Source: Raillietiella orientalis (Eukaryota). Taken from it: a stretch of DNA of 64,000 nt. The notes beneath the pieces were generated by a model, which was not told where the DNA came from, did not search any database, and was given only the letters and a program-made list of their open reading frames with translations. Below, piece after piece: positions 55,440 to 64,000 of the stretch (position 1 is its first letter; the number at the start of each line of letters is the position of its first letter). A program made the position numbers and the translations under genes. Where the stretch lies: NCBI GenBank assembly GCA_036172245.1, contig JAYWIR010000077.1, positions 186,001 through 250,000 on the forward strand, written 5' to 3'.

Positions 55440-57629
55440 CAGGCGTCTCAAACTTATTCTTCAATCACGGGCCATTTAATGCGACTGGCAAGATTCACGT
55501 GGGCCACATCACATTCACAAATTTTCTTACAATTATATTTTGAAGCGAGGATTTTGGAATAGAAATAGGATAGTTAAAACACATTATGTAATTAATTGAA
55601 TTTCGTGTAATAATATACAATTGCTATTATTGTTGCTTTTATTGAAACGTATTTAATTCAATCTGTTTATAAAACGAAATTTAATTTTTTATACCAGAAT
55701 CCTCCTAGTGCTTTCCTCCTACTAGTTTTTGACTATCTGGATTCAAAGGCTGGGAACAAACAATCTTCATTATGGCAGATAGATGTTTATCAGTTAATCT
55801 TGATCGGTGAGAAGTTTTATTTAATTTCATGCACAATTGCTCACACAAATACGTACTCTCAAAATAGCATAAAATTTCTGCAGCAAACTTTTTCGTTTCC
55901 GGGTATTTTTCATCTAAATAAGAATGTATTTTGTTAAATTCCTACTTCTCGATATTTGTCTTTTAAAACCGAATCATTCTGGAAAGCAATTAATTCCAGT
56001 TGTATCGAAGTGGGAGCTTTTTCAGCTTCAAAGGGAAAAGGACCATTAAAAAGAGAAAAAGTTTCTTGTGACTCTCTGAAATCATGAAAACGCTTATCGA
56101 ATTCGTTTTTGATCTCTTCAATTTCATCACAAGATTGTGGAAACGAGCAACTTTGATTTTGTGCTTTTAACTGCTCACACGTATTTTTGTAAATGATTTT
56201 TAAACGAAGTCAGTTTTTGTACAAAACTTGCTATTGCATTGTTCATATTCGTTATTAATTGATCTTCGCCTTGCAATGTAAAATTGAGATTGTTCAGATG
56301 ACCTGTAATATCTGTTAAAAATGCCAGGTCTTTTACTCACAAAGGATCTTTCATATCCGATATATTTTCGTTCTTTTCATCTTTCATTTCATGGAAGGCG
56401 ATAATTCCTTCAAAAGCAGATAGAAACTCTTCAAGACTTTGTGGCAGGAAAACGAACGAACTTCTGTGTGATAAGGAAGATCTTCGGATTCTAACGCTTT
56501 AAGGAACGAAGTAAATTGGCGATGGTCAAGTGCTCTCGATCGAATGAAGTTGACATTCTTCCTTACTGTTTTAAGTAGTTCTTCGTCCATTTTTCACATG
56601 GTTAAACAGACAACTTGTGGGTGAATAAGGCAATGGAAAACCCTGATTTTCGGTTTATCTAGATATTCATCTTGTAATTGTCCTGTTAGTCTTGACACAA
56701 ATCCTTTCGTTTCATCCGTCATCAATTTGGCCCCATAACCTGTTGTCACAGAAACAAGCCTGTCAAGAGGAAGCTTCAATTTTTCCAAAATGCCCCATAC
56801 GGCACTAAAAGTATCTTCACCAGTCGTGGTTCCGTGAAGAGGATTGCAAATTTCCGACAACTCTTCGGTGATCCTCACGTTGCCATCGCAACCACAGAAA
56901 AGAAAAGAGAAACAGCAACTTTTGCAACATCTCTTACATCCGTGTATTCACCAATCGCCATTGAAAAGGACTGAGCTTTAATAGATATTTCCTGCAGTTG
57001 TGAACTTCCGCCACATCTGCCACTTCAGTAATTCTGTCTGCCACCGTGTTTCTTGATAATGATACATCTAGAAATGACTGTACAGACTTTTCTGGACAGA
57101 CGAATCCGGCAGCTTTTGTCATGCATTCCTTGATTGAGGAGAGCCATCGGTGGATGATTTTGAACCTTTTGCTAATAAATAGCTTATTTCGTGACTAGCT
57201 CTTGTTACTGCATCATCATGAATTTCGTAAGCACTGGTTGCTGGCTATGAAGTGGATCCTTCCTGGTTTTCCATTTTTCTTCTGCATCTCCTTCGAAGCA
57301 CGAAAACTGTTCTTCGTGATTCGTGCTGTGATGCCGCTTCATGGTGTGTTCTTCAGCGACACGAATTGATTCTTTGCAAATTAAGCACGTGATTTGATTG
57401 CTCATTTCCACACACAAAAATAGTCCAGCTCCCACCTTTCTTTCAATCCTCTTCCTTCGTCATCAATCTTTCGTTTTTCATTTAGCTTTGAAAGCATCAT
57501 TTTCCGTATAAAAAATGGGGGTTTAATCTAAGTTTTAAAAATTCAAATGGCCGCAACTACTTACATTTTTTTAAAAAAAATAAGTTATAAAAGAAACACG
57601 GCCCGCGGACAGCCAGTTCGACACCCCCG
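55440..57629 (-). mobile_element. Full-length hAT DNA transposon (Buster/SPIN/GTF2IRD2-like), inactive
   Basis: Imperfect 15-bp TIRs: CAGGCGTCTCAAACT at 55440 and AGTTCGACACCCCCG ending at 57629 (11/15 match). 8-bp TSD GATCAAGA / GATTAAGA (7/8, nnnTAnnn type). Contains a transposase pseudogene. Confidence 0.9.
55705..57500 (-). pseudogene. Frameshifted hAT transposase
   Basis: Fragments spread across frames: KRKIDDEGRGLKERWELDYF, BED-like finger CLIC...MKRHHSTNH, SLSRNTVADRI, LHGTTTGED, LVSVTTGYGAKLM (canonical TDGA disrupted), FHCLIH, LDHRQF...LPYHTEVR, and C-terminal STYLCEQ..RSRLTDKHL. Several frameshifts and stops. Confidence 0.88.
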
Positions 57630-59049
57630 GATTAAGAGAAAATTTTGGCTGGAAAAACACTATTTTTTTAAAGCCAGTTTTGGGATATTAAGACACAATA
57701 TTAAGATAGGCATTTGCCGAAATGTTACGTATAACATGGCACGCAGTGATGCTGCGATCTGACTGCAACGAGCTTCGATCTCAGAACTCGATGGAAACTG
57801 TTGCTTCGATAGGTGGGAAGTCTTTTTGAATTTAAATCATCAAGCAAATAGTTGTTGGTATCGTGACTTGAAAGCACATTATATATTTGTTATCTGTACA
57901 ATCCTCGCCAATCCTTGTTTCTAAAAGCAGTTCATTATTAATGAATTATAATTATGATTATCAGTTCAGCAAGGCAATTATTTTTACTCTGACTATATAA
58001 GTACTTGATTTAAACACTATGATAAAAAAAAACATAAAGCATCAAATACTATGATGCATGACAGAAAACTAGTGTGCTCTGTATGTATAGTTTTCTGTGT
58101 GCATTCGAAGACTCTTATACGGTAGAGTGTGCTGACTTAAAAACCCTTCAAGAATGAGGGAGTGGATTCTCCCAAATTGGAGCATGAAGAAGATTTTTAA
58201 CTTATATTCTAGATCTTGAGAAATTGATGGAGCTGATATCCATTCTTCATTCTCCTTCGTTCCTTCGATTCTTTTTTGTCTGCTTTCCAATCATTTTCAT
58301 CCCATGCTTTTTATCTCTTTCATCTGCATGTTGTTTAGAGCTCCTAGAAAAATATATGACAGATGGGAAAGTAAATTGTGAAACTGTTCGGATCCTATCA
58401 TATATGATTGTTACATGGTTTCAGGTGACTGAGACACGCTTTGAGGGCTGCATATATGCCTTGCATAGATTGTTTTTATGAATGGATTCTGCTCAAGGAA
58501 GTCAGGTTCATCGCAAAGTCTTGTTGTTGGCTTTGAGTACGTCAACTGGAGAGTTTTCCCTTCCTCATGGAAGAGAAAACTGCTCCAATCTTTCTGCAGG
58601 TACACTAATATTAGGTTTCCTAGCTCTCGGTAGCTGGCATATGCATGTGGTAATCTCTTACAATGTTTTGATCCTACTGTCTTACGTTTCTATACAGTAT
58701 TCCATTCACATAGGATGTGTGTGATTTTCTCACATGTTCATTTCAGGTTTTGATTCCTCGATTTTTAAAATCTATGCATTAAAAGGATTCCAGTGTACTT
58801 GAAGCGGATATGATGTCATGCCAAGCCCTTCCAACACTTACAGGAGTTCCCAATAGATGCATTCGAATGATGCTAGGAGACCAACTGCAATTGCCAAGGT
58901 TGTTGAAGTTTCCTGTTATTTTTTCACTCCTGACTAAGACCCATCATAGCATTAGCTGCTCCGCGAGTCTCCGTCACAACCTGATGTTACTGCTGGAGCC
59001 CGGTCCGTGATAGGAGTGACTGACATACGATCCACAGTTCTGGGAACAG

Positions 59050-59385
59050 CTTGACATCTGAGTTCTCTAATGTGATCTGATAGCAGTTTTGGAAGCTGCA
59101 TGATTTCCCATTTTTCTGTAGGAATAAGGAAAAGAGTAGCAATGCTTTTAATGGTGCTGATGCGGGAGGTAGGCACCTCTTTTGTCTCTCGCATCAGCGT
59201 CGAGAGTTTCAACGCCAACGGACCTAATTTCTCAGCAACGAACAAAAAGAACTCTTCAGAGAGGCTATCTTCTCCTGGTGACTTGTCACATGGCCCACGG
59301 ATGTCATCAAGAACTTCGAACGTGAAGACTTTGTTGAGAAACGCGTGTTCATCCTCACTGATTACGGGAACGCTTATAGAATAAG
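59050..59385 (-). mobile_element. L1/Tx1-clade LINE ORF2 fragment (pre-RT region)
   Basis: PVISEDEHAFLNKVFTFEVLDDIRGPCDKSPGEDSLSEEFF...LGPLALKL...KEVPTS matches the KSPGxDGLxxEFY motif that precedes LINE RT domains. Confidence 0.7.
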
Positions 59386-59929
59386 TGCAGGGATCAGTGC
59401 AATGTAACACGATTAATTATGCTTTCCTCAGCTCATCTGATGCAATGTGGTCGGCCTCGGACAGTGCCTGTTACGTCACTTCTTTGACTAATTACAGTTG
59501 GAAAACAGAAAAATTTGTTAAACTTTGTTATCAGTACTCATTAAGAATACGATCTCAATTTTTCTGTCTAGAGTATTTTAACAAGATTCATTTTATATAT
59601 CAGGAATCTCTGGACATGACTTCTGCAGTTTGAATTCTTCATGAGTCATGATGAATAGGAATGATTTTGGAGTTCGCTCGACTTAAGGTCCATTCATTCA
59701 AGGGGACGTCAATTTCTCTGATATGTTGCTGTGTTATTCATAAACACATACATGCACATGTATAGGCATTTTCTTAACTATCCATAATCCCAAAGTATTT
59801 TTTTTAGCTTTTGTCTTCAAAAGCCTTGAACTGAGTGTCACTGACGTAATGTAGTTAGTTAACGTATTGTTATGCTGAAAACATAGAAATGTTCTTACTA
59901 GTTTTGTAATCTGCAGTTCGGAGACAGGA

Positions 59930-62150
59930 AGGTAAGACTGAAAGCATACGGGAGCTAAACATCCAAGATCGCTCCTTCCCGAAGTACTGGAAACGGTACG
60001 AGAGCCGGTACGCCTTAAAGAACGTGAAAGTGAAAATTGGCGTACTGGAGAAGAGGAACATCACCACTGATGTCTTCTGCATCTAGTACGAAGACCAAGT
60101 CCGGCACACGTCGGAAGAAATCGCGGAGGCTTTCCACCACCACTACGCAGCTCACTTCCAATGTCAGGATCTGTGCCCGACAGAACAGGAGAGCGCGCTA
60201 CGATACCTGCAAAGGAGGCTGAGCACGGATCAACAGAAAAGACTTGAAGAAGAAATCTCCCTGGAGGAAGTGAAAAATGTGGCAGCAGAGGACTGCAAAA
60301 GGACGTGGCGGCAGAGCCCGATAGTGTTCCCATCACGCACTATCAGCGCTACCTACACGCCTACCTGTGTCTGTTTCACGAGCTCACGCTCGCCTCAAGG
60401 AAGAAGGAAGGCTCGCTCCATCGTTCCACGAAGGCGGGATGAGGCCGCTGCCAAAGGGAGGAGACTTGACCAAGGTCATCTAATGGAGGTCCAACTCCAT
60501 CCTGAACACGGATGCCAAGTGATTGGTGAAGATCTGGTCCAATCGCCTAAGTAAGACGATGCCATCGGTCGTTTCTTCAACGCAGACGTGAGCGGTGCGC
60601 GGACGCTGCACTTCTGCGAATGTGAAGTGTCCCCAGGCACCCTGGGCTACAGCCAACACGTCGGAGAAAATCTGGTGTTGGGTTTTACTGATATGGAGAA
60701 AGTATTCGGCACCATGGACCACGAAATGCTCATGCAGATCATGCAGAAACTGAGCTTCCCAAGCTACTTCAGCCACTACCTAAAGAGGATACTCGAGAAG
60801 CAGGAGATCAAGATCTCAATCAATGGAATGGCGATGGCAGCAATTGGATGGACAGGGAAGCCCGTCAAGGTCTGCCCTCAGTTCATTGCTGTACATGGAG
60901 GCGGTGTCAACGCTCATTGAACGCTCCAAGGAATATGTGTCGATGACCAAAGTCTGATTCACCTGGCGTCCGCAGACAGTCCTGTTCTTCCTGAAGGACG
61001 AGAGTGATCAGCGTGCGTTCCTCGGTGTAGTCGAGTCCACGAAGAGAGGACTGGACTTGAAAATCAATGCCCAGAAAAGCCATTGGAATCCTGGACCTCT
61101 CCATGCTAACGGGAAAGGATTCTGAATGGCGGAAGTAAAGTACCTGGGCATCCACTTTGGAGGCGCCTCTGCATTGTAAAACTTGTGGAAGGAAGTCCTA
61201 GGGAAAATTCAAGCAGAGGCCGCCAAGGTATAATTTAACATGAAGTGGTGGGTCACTTTGTGGAATGGCGTTTTCTCACCAAGATGCTGTACAAAGCAAC
61301 CTTCTGCAGAGTTACAAGAAGGTCTGGGAGAAAATCGAAAGACTTCATAGGAAGATTTTATGGAGAGAGTTCAAGCCGAGGGTGAGGCTCAAACTTTTGT
61401 ACCGCCCTCGAGAGGAATGTGGAACCGGAATGAAGCCGTTAGAACACTCCTTGAAGACCATGGACGCGCGACAACTTCAACTCACCTGAAAATGGGACTA
61501 GTGGTCTTTGCGCCAAACAGAGACTACCCGAAGCTGCTGAACAACTAGAGAGGCCTGATGTCTGCTCTGATAGACGCAAAAGGAGAGTAGGTAAACATCG
61601 ATAGCACACGGGGAAGAAAACTGGTGAGGCTTCATTAATCTAAGATCGTGTCTAGAAGTATAGAAATTTGGGATGAAGAACTGGCCCTGGTGATACTGCA
61701 CTTTCATCCCGTTCCCAGGGAGACATCTACCAGGATACACCAGAGGCCAAGGTTGAAAATCGAGCATTGCGAACAGTTAGCCACCTGCGGCAATCATCAT
61801 CAAGTGTGATTGTTTCTCTATAGTACGGAAAGTTTAGCTATAGAACTCAGGACCTTTGAAAACATCACATCGAGAGTGGATGCTGATGACCAAAGCCAAA
61901 TGACAAGAATTCATGGAAAGACATTAAGACGACGATGCCCTCGATGCAGTTTGGAGTTGCTAAGGACTTGCCCATGTACACGCATTCACCGGACGTGTTT
62001 TGGCTGCGTTCCAGAGCGATTGTATTTTGGTGTTTGTGGAGATTCAGTAGTTGGAAGATGGCAGAAATGCCTGAATTCTCAACTAAAGAGTGTTTGGGAG
62101 ACACCGGGAGGTCGTTTCTTGTTCCTATGAAGTTGGAGGCATCCGCTCAC
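59930..62150 (+). mobile_element. Degraded, 5'-truncated Tx1/L1-clade LINE ORF2 (RT to C-terminal Cys motif)
   Basis: EEIAEAFHHHYAAHF, RLEEEISLEEVK, PKGGDLTKVI*WRSNSILNTDAK, FTDMEKVFGTMDHEMLMQIMQKLSFP, GLKINAQKS, YLGIHF, RRCPRC, WLRSRAIVFWCLWRF. Many frameshifts and stops. Confidence 0.85.
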
Positions 62151-62199
62151 GAGACATCATCCCCGCGCCGGCTGTAAGGGATTACAGCGCCGTGATCGC

Positions 62200-63900
62200 C
62201 GCGCCATCTGCAGTGGCGATGACCGAGAGTGAAACCTACAAGACCCATGGTTATAATTCCAGCTTACTTTATAAGGTAGGTAGGGTGTTCAACGACCGCA
62301 TTGTGTGCTCCTCCCAGAAGGAACTGAGCAGACTGAACGTGTGCGAGGAAGAGCTAACGGGACTCTCAATCAGAAGCGGGAGAGTAGCATGTCGAGCAAA
62401 CCTGCAAAGGAGCAGACTTAGCACAAAGGCTGCTTCGAACCCCCGTAAAGATCGAAGACCTCCAGCTCTCCCCGTACTGGAGGATAACTCCATCTTTATC
62501 CACCTAAAGGGCATGACGCCACGAATCCGCAAAGCACCGTTCCTAGCGAGCTGTCCAGATTCGCCACCGTCCACGCGCTGTGGGCGAAGCCCAACAGATT
62601 TCGCACTTCCGACGGACTCTTCAGCAGGCTCGCTGCTGCAGGTATCCCAGTGGCCATGGACACAGGGATTTCCCGTAAACTGGTGGTCGGCGGAGAACCC
62701 ATCGACCTCTGGTACTTGAGGAAGTCCAAGTACTGCGACAACTGTGATGCCACGGAGCACGTGGAGAAACGGTGTCCCAACATTAGATGCCACAAATGCG
62801 ACACCAAGAAACACGGAGGAAGTGTGCCTTCAAAAGGTTCAGCGTGTTCCGGCTGTTGTGAGCAGCAAATCGAGCGCAGCAGCCCTAAAGCCTGGTATAC
62901 CCAGGCCAAAGAACATTGAAAAGACTGATCTTAAGCCAGCCAAAAAGGCCACGCTGATCACTTTGCTTGTGGAAACACAGGCAGACGAAGTGGGAGGAGA
63001 GCAGCCTGACTGGCAAAAGGTCAGCCATAAAAGAAAAAGCAGAAGGAATATTTCTAAAAAATTCGCGAAAACTGCGATTCTGGAGAAAATTGAAACCTGC
63101 ACGGTCGAACTGCAGCGCATTCCCGTCGCTGCGAAGCCGTGCGGAAAGGGCGTTGCCGAGTGCAATAACGCCTGTGCAAACGAGAGATGGACGTGTGCTT
63201 CTCTCGCTTCCCAGTTGACGGTTCTTTTTTCTTTTGTGAGTGTGGTGTGTGGATTCGGTGGTGCATAGGGCAGTCATGCCTGATACCACCACCAACGAAG
63301 GCCAGCAACGAACGCTAGGAACAGCAACGAAGAGGTACAGTGGGAAGTGTCCTGCCTCATTGGAGTCAGGAAAAAACTTTTAAAGGACTGAACAACTCGG
63401 CAAATTGAGGACGCTGCGATCCCGAGTGTCCTGTCTAAAGGACCTCTGCTCTGGGGCGCTGCTCTTAATAACTCGAGAAAAGTCGAAGTGGCCCTCAGAG
63501 TCGTGGGGTAGTGGCATCCTCCCCCTGGAGTGGCAAGAGACGGCGTTGCTGTTGCATTGGGGAATCCCATGCAGAGCACGCCTCTCTCCCTGGACACTTG
63601 GTTGCGTGGATGCCCATTGTGCAGAATGCAGCGAAAGGAAAAGCTTCCCGCATCTCATAACAGACTGTGTCGACCTCCGTGCTCATTGAGATCGGCTGTC
63701 CTTGATCCTCAAAATCTCAGCAGGCGACCCCAAAAACATTTTCCGGCGCCTCTTGATACGTGAAGCCCTACCCCCCGCCTCGTCTCTAGCAGTTCTCTGC
63801 TGCGTACGCGAAATCGTGAATCACAAGGTGGAATGCGAAAAGAGGCGAAAACAGCAGGGACGCCATCTACTGGACGGAAATCCTCTTGAAGACCGCTTCT
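62200..63900 (+). mobile_element. Second Tx1-like element: gag-like ORF1 zinc knuckles followed closely by an ORF2 C-terminal zinc finger (internally deleted)
   Basis: CDNCDATEHVEKRC (CX2CX4HX4C) and CHKCDTKKH at about 62734-62815. HWGIP...CAECSERKSFPHLITDC (zf-RVT-like) at about 63555-63670. Confidence 0.7.
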
Positions 63901-64000
63901 CGATGGCTCCAACTAAGACTTTTAAAAATAGCACTTGTCAGCAACCGGAACAGGATGCAGAGGACGACTCCAGGAGATTAGTGATCCCTTCTCTGCCCTT

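Noticed and set aside
62090..63268. 209-aa and 174-aa plus-strand ORFs as host genes
   Set aside because: Better explained as frameshifted pieces of retrotransposon ORF1.

Overview
Eukaryotic, most likely arthropod, genomic DNA: AT-rich with GT-AG introns, some only about 50 nt. No operons, rRNA, tRNA or CRISPR were recognised. Three spliced genes can be modelled, all on the minus strand. (1) A 3-exon CPFC dithiol glutaredoxin (5468-4570) with an N-myristoylation-type start. (2) A signal-peptide, Leu-rich protein ending in a DM4/DM12-like Cys motif and KDEL (20379/19315-13230), with a 4.8 kb intron. (3) A 2-exon, strongly diverged Hox-derived homeobox gene (53328-52406) with ftz- and zen-like features and an LXXLL motif; no other homeobox was seen in the window. 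The rest is largely transposon debris: a complete but dead Buster/SPIN-type hAT element with TIRs and an 8-bp TSD (55440-57629), Tx1/L1-clade LINE relics (41.5-45.3 kb, 59-64 kb), weaker RTE/CR1-like relics, a dispersed palindromic minisatellite, hairpins and microsatellites. All alignments and translations were done by eye; no database searches were run.
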